A stretch of 64,000 bases of DNA from Gammaproteobacteria bacterium. Its GTDB lineage: Bacteria; Pseudomonadota; Gammaproteobacteria; Steroidobacterales; JBCCMA01. The stretch lies in the NCBI GenBank assembly GCA_045106455.1, contig JBGCEL010000022.1:13422-77421 (forward strand), written 5' to 3'. Under the pieces are notes generated by a model. It was not told the origin of the DNA. It did not search any database and was given only the letters and a program-made list of their open reading frames with translations. Made by a program: the position numbers and the translations under genes. This document shows positions 20,015 through 28,487 of the stretch, in pieces. The first letter of the stretch is position 1, and each line of letters begins with the position of its first letter.

Positions 20015-20538
20015 GGCTTGGGGACAACCTTGACGATTTTTGCCCCCAGTTTCATGAGTTTCAGAATCACGGGCTTTGGCACCTGACGCATTTGTTCGTA
20101 CCAGGTGGTGGTTTGCTCAACGAAATCGAGCATGTCGTGAATACGCGCCTTGGTTTGCGCGTCCGTTTTTTCATCGTTCTCAGCATCCTCTGAACACTGC
20201 CGCAGCACGGCCAGCGTAGGGTCAATTTCGCGCCGCTTGCGCTGATCCAGAATCACGGCGAATAACTCCCAGACATCCGTCAGTGCTTCAAAATGATCGC
20301 GTCGATCACCAAGACGATGGGTCACTTTAATGAGTCCATAACTGTGCAATTCACGGAGCGACGTCGATACGTTAGAACGTGCGACGGACAGGATGCGTGC
20401 GATATCTTCGGCGGGAAGTGCCGCGGGCGATAGATAGAGCAATGCATGGATTTGGGCGATCGTGCGATTGACGCCCCAGCGCGAACCCATTTCACCCCAG
20501 TGAAGGATGTACTTTTGCACCGTTGGCGAGAGTTCCAT
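20011..20538 (-). CDS. GbsR/MarR-family transcriptional regulator
   Basis: Winged HTH (IARILSVARSNVSTSLRELHSYGLIKV). The N-terminus GEMGSRWGVNRTIAQIHALLY is typical of the GbsR family. Confidence 0.7.
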   Translation of the reverse strand: MELSPTVQKYILHWGEMGSRWGVNRTIAQIHALLYLSPAALPAEDIARILSVARSNVSTSLRELHSYGLIKVTHRLGDRRDHFEALTDVWELFAVILDQRKRREIDPTLAVLRQCSEDAENDEKTDAQTKARIHDMLDFVEQTTTWYEQMRQVPKPVILKLMKLGAKIVKVVPKP

Positions 20539-20583
20539 TGCGTTTCTTCTGTAGTTTCAGATGCATCTGATGATAGCGAGCCG

Positions 20584-20661
20584 CGGACACCGCCCGCAAC
20601 CTCGTGACGAGCTGTCCGCCCATGTGTCCGTTGGGTGTACGCCAGCGGACACATCGGACAC
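20584..20661. promoter_or_regulatory. cluster of CGGACAC / GTGTCCG repeats (candidate enhancer/UAS or operator)
   Basis: CGGACAC occurs at 20584, 20646 and 20655. The inverted copy GTGTCCG is at 20624 and a near copy CTGTCCG at 20612. This includes the 9-bp inverted repeat ATGTGTCCG-N15-CGGACACAT (20622-20654). Confidence 0.45.
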
Positions 20662-20727
20662 TCTTGGGCCGCCGCAGTTCTCCCCAAGACATGAATAAAA
20701 ACAATACGTTAGGAGAAATGAAAAAGT

Positions 20728-20743
20728 TGGCACGCTTCATGCT
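20728..20743 (+). promoter_or_regulatory. sigma-54 (-24/-12) promoter
   Basis: TGGCACGCTTCATGCT against consensus TGGCACG-N4-TTGCW. GG and GC are at the correct spacing. It lies 62 nt upstream of the first ORF of the operon that encodes a sigma-54 activator. Confidence 0.6.
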
Positions 20744-20804
20744 TTGTATCCACTGAGGCGCACAAATTGTCCGCTTCACACTTTCAAAACGCAGGATATG
20801 TGAC

Positions 20805-21014
20805 ATGAATACTTCGCCAGCTCTACACGCCAAACGACTCGCCTTTGTTCTGGGCGGCTGCAGTGTGCTGCTCGAAATGGCCTTTCTCATTGCGGTGAGT
20901 CACGCCCGGGCGCCAGAGGGACAGTTTCTGGCCGGGCAAGATCACACGGTGGCCGCCCACGTCGTGCCGGCACCGCCGGTTGTACTGCTGCCACGTTTTG
21001 AGCTGTCACTGTGA
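20805..21014 (+). CDS. hypothetical small membrane protein (69 aa)
   Basis: AGGA lies 8 nt upstream of the ATG. One hydrophobic helix is predicted (RLAFVLGGCSVLLEMAFLIAV). The stop overlaps the GTG start of the adaptor gene (GTGA). Confidence 0.35.
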   Translation: MNTSPALHAKRLAFVLGGCSVLLEMAFLIAVSHARAPEGQFLAGQDHTVAAHVVPAPPVVLLPRFELSL

Positions 21015-22315
21015 CGGCGCCGGTGCGCAACATCGGACCCCGCGGCAATACGAGTATCCGCGAACCCTCCGCACAGGACACCGTTCGCAGAGACACGACG
21101 CCACGCTGGCGTAAACCCGCCGCGCTGGGCCTCGTAGCGCTGTTGGTGCTCGGCGGACTGTGGTGGCTACTGCAGAATTTCTTATTGGCCGGTTCCGCTA
21201 TCAATGCCGAGCGGTTGCGTTTCGCTACGGTGGAACGCGGCTCGTTTTCGCGCGATATATCAGCCCCTGGCCTCGTCATCGCGGCCGTAAGTCCCACGGT
21301 TTACGCACAAACGGCCGGCACCGTTACGTTAATGGTGAAAGCCGGTGATTTGGTGGAAGCCGGCGACACGCTTGCCAGCATCGACAGCCCCGAGTTGTCC
21401 AACACGCTGGCCCAGGAGCGCGCCACGTTGCAGTCTCTTGAGACCAATCTGAAACGCCGGCTGATCGAACACAAACAACAGTCGCTGCGCTCGCAGGAAG
21501 TCGCTGACGTTGCGCGCATGGACCGTACCGCGGCTGAGCGGGAACTTCGCCGCGCATCAGCGGCCTGGGAGATCCAGGTCATTAGCCGTCAGGACTTTGA
21601 AAAAGCACGCGACGACGTGGAGCGCGCAGGCGTGCGTTTTGAACATGCCAATGCCGGGATGAAACTCGAGCGCGAGAGTCTCGATTTCGAGCTGCAAACC
21701 CTGCGACTCGAGCGTGACCGGCAGTCACTGCGCGTCGATGATTTGGCGCGGCAGGTGACAGGGTTGAGAATTGTCGCGCCCGTTAGCGGCATGGTGGGTA
21801 CGCTCAATGTGGCGCAGAAAGAAGCGGTCAGCGCGAATCAGGCGCTTCTGTCGGTGGTCGACTTAACCGCATTCGAGATAGAAGCTCGTATTGCCCAAAG
21901 CTACGCCGAACGACTGGCGCCCGGCATGAGCGCAAAAATTCGCTATGGCAACGAAGAGCACGACGGCCAGTTGCGCGCGATTTCCCCTGAGGTGACCAAC
22001 AACACGGTGCTGGCGCGCATTCGCTTTAACGAGACCCCCGCGGGTCTGCGTCAGAACCAGCGCGTGACCACCGAGCTTACGCTGGAGTCGGTCGCCGACG
22101 CACTGACGCTGCCACGGGGCGCCTTCATCGACAGCGGTGGCGGTCGGGTGGTTTACGTCGTGGAAGATGACCTGGCCACGCGACGCAGTATTCGCCTGGG
22201 CGCCACCAGCAACGGCCGGGTTGAGGTCCTTGAGGGCCTCGCTCAGGGCGAACGTGTCATTACCTCATCCGTCGATCCGATGCGCGGTGCACAAACCGTG
22301 TTCATCAAGCGCTAA
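21011..22315 (+). CDS. HlyD-family periplasmic adaptor (MacA-like)
   Basis: N-terminal TM anchor (AALGLVALLVLGGLWWLL), long coiled coil, and beta-barrel C-terminus. A GTG start is the only in-frame option near the 5' end. Confidence 0.8.
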   Translation: MTAPVRNIGPRGNTSIREPSAQDTVRRDTTPRWRKPAALGLVALLVLGGLWWLLQNFLLAGSAINAERLRFATVERGSFSRDISAPGLVIAAVSPTVYAQTAGTVTLMVKAGDLVEAGDTLASIDSPELSNTLAQERATLQSLETNLKRRLIEHKQQSLRSQEVADVARMDRTAAERELRRASAAWEIQVISRQDFEKARDDVERAGVRFEHANAGMKLERESLDFELQTLRLERDRQSLRVDDLARQVTGLRIVAPVSGMVGTLNVAQKEAVSANQALLSVVDLTAFEIEARIAQSYAERLAPGMSAKIRYGNEEHDGQLRAISPEVTNNTVLARIRFNETPAGLRQNQRVTTELTLESVADALTLPRGAFIDSGGGRVVYVVEDDLATRRSIRLGATSNGRVEVLEGLAQGERVITSSVDPMRGAQTVFIKR

Positions 22316-22351
22316 TTATTTAACTGCTAGCCAAGATTAAGAGAAAAAATC

Positions 22352-23068
22352 ATGCTCAAAATGGACGACATCAGCCGTGTTTATCAAACCGACCTGGTCG
22401 AAACGCACGCTTTGCGTGGCCTGAGTCTGAACGTAGGCGACGGAGAATTTGTCGCAGTGACCGGACCCTCCGGTTCGGGTAAGACAACGTTCCTGAATAT
22501 TGCCGGACTGCTTGAAGTGCCCAGTAGCGGGCTCTACGAACTCGACGGCGAAGCGGTCAGCGGACTGTCGGACAACCAGCGCTCGCGGATTCGCAATGAA
22601 AAAATTGGCTTTATCTTTCAAAGCTTCAATTTGATTCCGGATCTGAGTCTTTTCGATAACGTGGATGTACCGCTGCGCTATCGCCGTATGCCCGCAAAGG
22701 AACGTGCCGAACGCATCGAATCTGCGCTTGGTCGGGTAGGGCTGCAATCGCGCATGAAGCATCTGCCGTCGCAGCTGTCTGGCGGTCAGCAGCAGCGCGT
22801 TGCGATCGCGCGGGCACTGGCCGGTGAGCCGCGCTTCTTGTTGGCCGATGAGCCCACCGGCAATCTTGATTCACTAATGGCCCGTCAGGTGATGGATATC
22901 CTCGAGGAAATTAACGCCCAGGGCACAACGGTGGTGATGGTGACCCACGACGCGGAGCTGGCGCGTCGCGCACATCGCACCATTTGTTTGCTGGACGGCC
23001 AGGTGACGGACTTCAATCCCTTTGGTGGTCAGCCTGACGATCAAACTGATGTCGCAGTGGGTCAGTAA
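22352..23068 (+). CDS. ABC transporter ATP-binding protein, MacB/LolD type
   Basis: Walker A GPSGSGKTT, signature LSGGQQQRVAIARAL, Walker B FLLADEPT. Confidence 0.9.
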   Translation: MLKMDDISRVYQTDLVETHALRGLSLNVGDGEFVAVTGPSGSGKTTFLNIAGLLEVPSSGLYELDGEAVSGLSDNQRSRIRNEKIGFIFQSFNLIPDLSLFDNVDVPLRYRRMPAKERAERIESALGRVGLQSRMKHLPSQLSGGQQQRVAIARALAGEPRFLLADEPTGNLDSLMARQVMDILEEINAQGTTVVMVTHDAELARRAHRTICLLDGQVTDFNPFGGQPDDQTDVAVGQ

Positions 23069-23069
23069 G

Positions 23070-24386
23070 ATGTTTGCCTATCATTTGAGACTCGCCCTGC
23101 AGAGCTTGCGCAAAAGCCCCATCTTGACCGCGCTGGTCGTGGGCTTGATTGCGCTTGGCGTCGGCATGTCGATGGTGACACTCACGATTCATTCAGCGAT
23201 GTCCGGCGACCCTATCCCCGCCAAGAGCGACGTGCTGTTTAATGTGCAGATCGATAGCTGGAGTGATGAAAACCCGTGGGACGAGGACAAGCCCGACGCA
23301 GCCCCACCGCAACTCACGCACATCGATGCCATGGCGATTCGTGAATTGCCCGGTGTGAAACGTCGCGCCGCCATGTTCAAAGCGGTTTACACCGTGGTGC
23401 CGGACGACCCGGAACTCAAGCCATTTTTCGCCGGTGCGCGCATGACCGACAGTGATTTTTTCGACATGTTCCAGGTGCCGTTTGTCTACGGCGGCGGCTG
23501 GTCGGCAAGCGTAGATCAGCAGGCGGAGCGGGTCGTTGTGCTCACGCATCGCATTAACGAGAAGTTCTTTGGCGGTGAAAACAGCGTTGGCAAAACCATT
23601 GCGCTTGGCACGGAACGTTTCAAAGTGGTGGGTGTGATAGATCACTGGGAGCCAACTCCGACGTTCTATGATCTTAATAACGGTTTTTTCGACGACACGC
23701 AGGATGTGTTCTTGCCGTTCTCGATGTTGCAGTTTGGGCAGCTGGATCGTGCGGGCAATACCAACTGCTGGGGACCGGGTGATAACACGAAATGGGAAGA
23801 CTTCCTGCTCAGTACCTGCAACTGGATTCAGCTGTGGGTGGAGTTTGATTCAGCCTCCGACGTCCCGGCGTTCCAGCGCGAGCTGGATGCGTACGCCAAC
23901 GGACAAAAAGAACTGGGGCGCTTGCCGCGCGATCTGAACAATCCGCTGATGAATGTGAACGATTGGCTTGCTCACAATGAAGTGGTGGGCGAAGACAATA
24001 CGGTACTGGTCGGGCTGTCGTTCTTGTTTTTGGCGGTGTGTTTGTTTAACGCCGTGGGCATTCTGCTGGCACGCTTCCAGGGCAAGGCCGGTGTGATTGG
24101 CGTGCGGCGTGCGCTTGGCGCAAGCAAAGGCGCCATCTTTCGCCAGCATTTAGTGGAAGTGGCGATGATCGGGGTGTTCGGTGGGTTGGTCGGGCTCGCC
24201 TTGAGCTGGCTAGGTCTCTATGCGGTGCGCAAACTGATGCGCGGCTACGAACATTTGGTGCACCTGGATATGAGCCTCGTGCTCACAGCCGTGGGCATCG
24301 CCGTGATCTCTGCCGTACTGGCCGGTTTGTACCCAACATGGCGCGTGTGTCAGGTGACACCGGCCAGCTACCTCAAAACACAATAG
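23070..24386 (+). CDS. ABC transporter permease, FtsX family with MacB-type periplasmic domain
   Basis: ATG 23070 lies directly after the ATPase stop. TM1 is followed by a periplasmic loop of about 280 aa, then three C-terminal TMs with the FtsX motif (RRALGASKGAIFRQ). Confidence 0.85.
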   Translation: MFAYHLRLALQSLRKSPILTALVVGLIALGVGMSMVTLTIHSAMSGDPIPAKSDVLFNVQIDSWSDENPWDEDKPDAAPPQLTHIDAMAIRELPGVKRRAAMFKAVYTVVPDDPELKPFFAGARMTDSDFFDMFQVPFVYGGGWSASVDQQAERVVVLTHRINEKFFGGENSVGKTIALGTERFKVVGVIDHWEPTPTFYDLNNGFFDDTQDVFLPFSMLQFGQLDRAGNTNCWGPGDNTKWEDFLLSTCNWIQLWVEFDSASDVPAFQRELDAYANGQKELGRLPRDLNNPLMNVNDWLAHNEVVGEDNTVLVGLSFLFLAVCLFNAVGILLARFQGKAGVIGVRRALGASKGAIFRQHLVEVAMIGVFGGLVGLALSWLGLYAVRKLMRGYEHLVHLDMSLVLTAVGIAVISAVLAGLYPTWRVCQVTPASYLKTQ

Positions 24387-24395
24387 GACATCATC

Positions 24396-25601
24396 ATGTT
24401 TGGACCCATCCTGCGTGCCATGTCACGCAACAAGACCGGCGCCGTTCTGGTGGCGTTTCAGATCGCCATTGCCCTGGCGGTGACCGTTAATGCGGTGTTC
24501 ATCATGCAGCAGCGCATTGCCTTCATGCAGCGTGACAGCGGCCTCGCGATCGATAACATTATTGCGGTCGGTAGTTTCGGCTTTGCCTCGGACTACGATC
24601 ACCACGCGACGGTCAATGCCGACCTCGATTTGCTGCGCAGTTTGCCGGGCGTGCGCTCTGCAACACCGAGCGATTCCGTGCCCTTAAGTGGCAGCGGCAG
24701 TGCCAACGGCTTCGAATCTGAGCCTGGCGACCTTGGCAATGAAGCCACCGCCAATTATTACGGTATCGATGAGCAGGGCGTTGAGACGCTTGGTATCACC
24801 CTTCGAGAAGGGCGCGGGTTTCGAGCCGAAGAGATTTATCGCGTAGCACTCGGTGAGCAGCATTCATCGACGCAGGCCATTGTTACCGCGCGCTTTGCCA
24901 GCCAGCTATTTCCAGATGAAACCAGCTATTTGGGCAAGGTGTTTTACGACGGTGCCGATTCGCCCATGGAGATCATTGGCGTGATTGAGAAAATGCAGGG
25001 TGCGTGGCTTGGCTGGGACGAGGTCGAAAACGTTGTCCTGATGCCGTTTATCCGCGGCGGACCGATGGTGCGCTATATGCTGAACGTGGAAGAAGATCAG
25101 TTGGAAACACTCATCCCCATGGTGGAAGAGACGCTCGCTTCGAGTAGCTCCACACGGCTGATCAATCAAGTGATGAGTTTGCGCGAAATATCCGATAAGT
25201 CGTACTCAGGCGATCGCGGCATGGCGGTGGCGCTCATGGTTGTGATTGCACTGTTGGTGACCGTCACGGCGCTGGGCATTGTGGGGTTGGCCTCCTTCAA
25301 CGTGCGCCAGCGCACCAAACAGATCGGCACGCGGCGTGCGGTGGGTGCCAAACGATCCGACATTCTGCGTTATTTTCTGGCTGAGAATTGGCTCATGACC
25401 ACGGCCGGTGTGATTCTGGGTATCGTCCTGACGTTGTTACTCAACTACTATTTGGCCAGCGAATATTCACTGGACCTCATTGACCCGGTGTACTTGCCGG
25501 TGGGTGTTCTCACGATGTGGGCGCTGGGCTTGCTGGCGGTACTCGGTCCGGCCCGGCGCGCCTCGGTTATTTCTCCTGCAGTTGCCACACGGACGGTTTA
25601 A
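24396..25601 (+). CDS. ABC transporter permease, FtsX family (second, distinct subunit)
   Basis: Same architecture as the first permease (TM1, periplasmic domain, RRAVGAKRSDILRYF FtsX motif), but clearly divergent in sequence. Confidence 0.85.
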   Translation: MFGPILRAMSRNKTGAVLVAFQIAIALAVTVNAVFIMQQRIAFMQRDSGLAIDNIIAVGSFGFASDYDHHATVNADLDLLRSLPGVRSATPSDSVPLSGSGSANGFESEPGDLGNEATANYYGIDEQGVETLGITLREGRGFRAEEIYRVALGEQHSSTQAIVTARFASQLFPDETSYLGKVFYDGADSPMEIIGVIEKMQGAWLGWDEVENVVLMPFIRGGPMVRYMLNVEEDQLETLIPMVEETLASSSSTRLINQVMSLREISDKSYSGDRGMAVALMVVIALLVTVTALGIVGLASFNVRQRTKQIGTRRAVGAKRSDILRYFLAENWLMTTAGVILGIVLTLLLNYYLASEYSLDLIDPVYLPVGVLTMWALGLLAVLGPARRASVISPAVATRTV

Positions 25602-25633
25602 ACCTCTTGAGCACCGATCACGTCAAATCTTAT

Positions 25634-26968
25634 ATGCAAACTGTACTTGTCGTTGACGACAACGCGGCCGTCAGAACCGCGCTTGAACTGCTGTTTTCGT
25701 TGCACGACCTGGCCGTGGTTTCGGCGGCGAATGCGGATGAAGGTCTTGCCGCCCTCGACGCTCACAGCATCGATCTGGTGGTACAGGACATGAACTTCTC
25801 AAAAGACACGACGTCTGGCGAGGAGGGCATTGAGCTGTTCCGTCGTGTGCGCGAAAAAGAACCGGATTTGCCGGTGATTTTGCTCACCGCCTGGACCGAT
25901 CTGGAAACCGCCATCGAGTTGGTCAAAGCAGGCGCGGCAGACTATCTGGCCAAGCCGTGGGACGATTTGAAACTGGTGACGACCGCGCGCAACTTGCTCG
26001 AGCTGCGCGAGGCCTCTTTGCGGTCGCGCCAGCTGCTGGCGTCGCGTTCGGCGTCACGGCGCAATCTGGCGCAGAAGTTTGATCTGTGCGGCATCGTGTA
26101 TGAAAGCGAAGCAATGCACGAATTGGTGACACTGGCCACACGCATTGCGCACGCGGATGTGCCGGTGCTGATCACAGGCCCCAACGGTGCAGGCAAGGAA
26201 AAGCTGGCAGAAATTGTGCAGGCCAATTCGGACCGCAGCGATAAACCGTTCGTGAAGGTGAACGTCGGCGCTCTGCCCGCCGACCTGATGGAAAGCGAAC
26301 TGTTTGGCGCGGAAGCGGGTGCGTATACCGGGGCCAAAACGGCCAGAGAAGGACGTTTTGAAGCGGCGGACGGCGGCACATTATTTTTGGACGAAATCGG
26401 CAACTTGAGTCTGGATGGCCAGGCGAAACTCCTGCGCGTTCTGCAAACCGGCGAGTTTGAACGATTGGGCAGCAGCCAAACTCGTCACGTTGAGGTGCGC
26501 GTGATTAGCGCCACCAATGCCGACTTGCCTGCCGCCGTGCGCGAAGGCACCTTTCGTGAAGATTTGTTCTACCGACTTAACGTCATTCAGCTCGAGCTAC
26601 CGCCATTGATCGAGCGACCTGACGATGTTCTGCCATTGGCCTTACATTTTTTGGAGGCGTCGAGTTCATTGTCGGTGGAGGCGGAGGCGGCATTGATGCG
26701 CCACAACTGGCCCGGCAACGTGCGCGAACTGCAAAACAGTCTGCGGCGGGCGTGCTTGTTGGCGGGCTCAGAGCGTATCGGCGCTGAAGACCTGCAGCTG
26801 GCATCAACGGTTGTGCAAGAGGCGCGTATCGGCCATGAGCCAGACAAAGCGCAGGTGCTAGCGGCGCTCGAACAGGCACGCGGTGTGGTGGCGCGCGCGG
26901 CCAGAGCACTCGGGATGAGTCGTCAGGCGTTATATCGACGCATGGAGAAATTTGGCATCAGCAAGTAG
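25634..26968 (+). CDS. sigma-54-dependent response regulator (NtrC family)
   Basis: REC domain (VVDDN, acceptor Asp in VVQDMNF, KPW). AAA+ domain with GPNGAGKE, ESELFGAEAGAYTGA and RVISATN. C-terminal Fis-type HTH. ATG 25634 chosen. Confidence 0.9.
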   Translation: MQTVLVVDDNAAVRTALELLFSLHDLAVVSAANADEGLAALDAHSIDLVVQDMNFSKDTTSGEEGIELFRRVREKEPDLPVILLTAWTDLETAIELVKAGAADYLAKPWDDLKLVTTARNLLELREASLRSRQLLASRSASRRNLAQKFDLCGIVYESEAMHELVTLATRIAHADVPVLITGPNGAGKEKLAEIVQANSDRSDKPFVKVNVGALPADLMESELFGAEAGAYTGAKTAREGRFEAADGGTLFLDEIGNLSLDGQAKLLRVLQTGEFERLGSSQTRHVEVRVISATNADLPAAVREGTFREDLFYRLNVIQLELPPLIERPDDVLPLALHFLEASSSLSVEAEAALMRHNWPGNVRELQNSLRRACLLAGSERIGAEDLQLASTVVQEARIGHEPDKAQVLAALEQARGVVARAARALGMSRQALYRRMEKFGISK

Positions 26969-26995
26969 TTGCGTTTGCGTTCGCCGGGTAACAAC

Positions 26996-28318
26996 ATGCG
27001 TTTCATGGGTCGATACTCGTTAGGCGGAAAAGTGGCGTTTGCGCTGTCGGTGGTCGTGGTGATCACGGTGGCCGTTACCGTGCTGTTGATGCGTTCTCTC
27101 ACCAGTCCTTGGCTGGCATTCGTGATTGCACTGACTCTTGGCATCACGCTTGCCGCGCTGGCAGGCAACGCCCTGATGCGCCCGGTTCGACGCTTAATTC
27201 TGGCCCTCAGCGACGGCGTCTCGGGCCTCAAAGATGGCGACTTCAGCACCGGCATCGCGACGCGCAGGCGCGATGAAATTGGGCAGCTGGTTGAGGTGTA
27301 TAACGATCTGGGCGATGTCTTGCGCCGTGAACGCCAAAGTTTGTTTCAACGCGAGTTGCTCCTCGATACCGTCATTCAAACGACGCCGCTGGCGCTCGTG
27401 CTAACCAATCGCAATGATCGAGTGGTGTACAGCAACGGCGCCGCGCGGCATTTGTTTCGTGGCGGCAAGCCGCTCAACGGCTGCGATTTTGGCACCACGC
27501 TGACACCGCTTGACGACGGCTTTTCACGAGCGGTGTCGGCGCGTCGTGATGGCTTGTTTAGCGTCGGAGATGATGACGATCCGCAGACCTATCATTTGTC
27601 GTGCCGCCACTTTGAACTCAATGCGCAACCGCACCGTTTGTATTTGTTCAAGCGGCTAACCCACGAGCTGAATCGGCAGGAAGTGGCGACCTGGAAAAAG
27701 GTCATTCGCGTGATCAGTCACGAACTCAATAACTCATTGGCACCGATTTCCTCGCTGGCCCATTCGGGCGGACTGGTATTGCAAAAAGCGGATCAGAGCC
27801 GTCTCGGTGAGATATTTGAGACCATTGAAGAACGCGCCAGTCATTTGAAAGATTTTATTGAAGGCTACGCGCGCTTCGCAAGATTGCCCGCACCACGTAT
27901 CGAATCGGTGGGTATAGCCGAACTGCTATCGGGCCTGCGCAACACGATGACATTTCGTGCCACGCCTGAAGCGCCGGAGGGCCGCATTGATGTGGATCCG
28001 GGGCAGTTTGAACAAGTGATGATCAACCTGCTCAAAAACGCGCAGGAGGCGGGTGGTGAAGCGGACGCTATTGAGCTGCGTGTGACCGTCAATGGAGCCG
28101 TTACTCGTTTTGAAGTGTGCGATCGTGGTAGCGGTATGTCGGAGCAGGTGCTCAAAAATGCGCTGCTGCCGTTTTATTCCACAAAGCAAAGTGGCACCGG
28201 ATTAGGTTTGCCACTGTGCCGCGAAATTGTGGAAGCGCACGGCGGCCGCCTGAGCCTGACCAATCGGGTCGGCGGGGGTCTAAAAGTCACCATAACGCTC
28301 GGCCGCACCGACGGTTGA
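26996..28318 (+). CDS. sensor histidine kinase, two TM helices with a minimal external loop, HAMP-PAS-HisKA-HATPase
   Basis: TM1 is KVAFALSVVVVITVAVTVLLM, followed by the 6-aa loop RSLTSP and TM2 WLAFVIALTLGITLAALAG. Then HAMP, PAS, H-box ISHELNNSLAPI and G-boxes (DRGSGM, GTGLGL). Confidence 0.85.
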   Translation: MRFMGRYSLGGKVAFALSVVVVITVAVTVLLMRSLTSPWLAFVIALTLGITLAALAGNALMRPVRRLILALSDGVSGLKDGDFSTGIATRRRDEIGQLVEVYNDLGDVLRRERQSLFQRELLLDTVIQTTPLALVLTNRNDRVVYSNGAARHLFRGGKPLNGCDFGTTLTPLDDGFSRAVSARRDGLFSVGDDDDPQTYHLSCRHFELNAQPHRLYLFKRLTHELNRQEVATWKKVIRVISHELNNSLAPISSLAHSGGLVLQKADQSRLGEIFETIEERASHLKDFIEGYARFARLPAPRIESVGIAELLSGLRNTMTFRATPEAPEGRIDVDPGQFEQVMINLLKNAQEAGGEADAIELRVTVNGAVTRFEVCDRGSGMSEQVLKNALLPFYSTKQSGTGLGLPLCREIVEAHGGRLSLTNRVGGGLKVTITLGRTDG

Positions 28319-28319
28319 G

Positions 28320-28360
28320 GCCGTTTTCATTCGCTTTGGGAAGGCCTTCCCACAAACGGC
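28320..28360 (+). terminator. nested hairpin after the kinase gene (terminator-like)
   Basis: GCCGTTT...AAACGGC flanks the perfect palindrome GGGAAGGCCTTCCC (28338-28351). There is no strong T-run. Confidence 0.4.
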
Positions 28361-28487
28361 GCACATGGCTGTGGTAGGCGCGCCAGTCATGCTCTATTCT
28401 CTAGACTTACGGCAAACATCGCTCAAAAACATAATACAAACAGATATTTGCTTGGGTGCTAATTAGTGAGAGTCGGTCAGAATAATA

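Noticed and set aside
20887-21297. 136-aa antisense ORF across the small ORF and adaptor start.
   Set aside because: It lies opposite a well-supported HlyD-family gene start and behind a plus-strand sigma-54 promoter. It has no motifs.
25517-25633. Upstream extension of the response-regulator ORF overlapping the second permease.
   Set aside because: The REC domain begins at MQTVLVVDD (ATG 25634). The extension overlaps the permease C-terminus in another frame.
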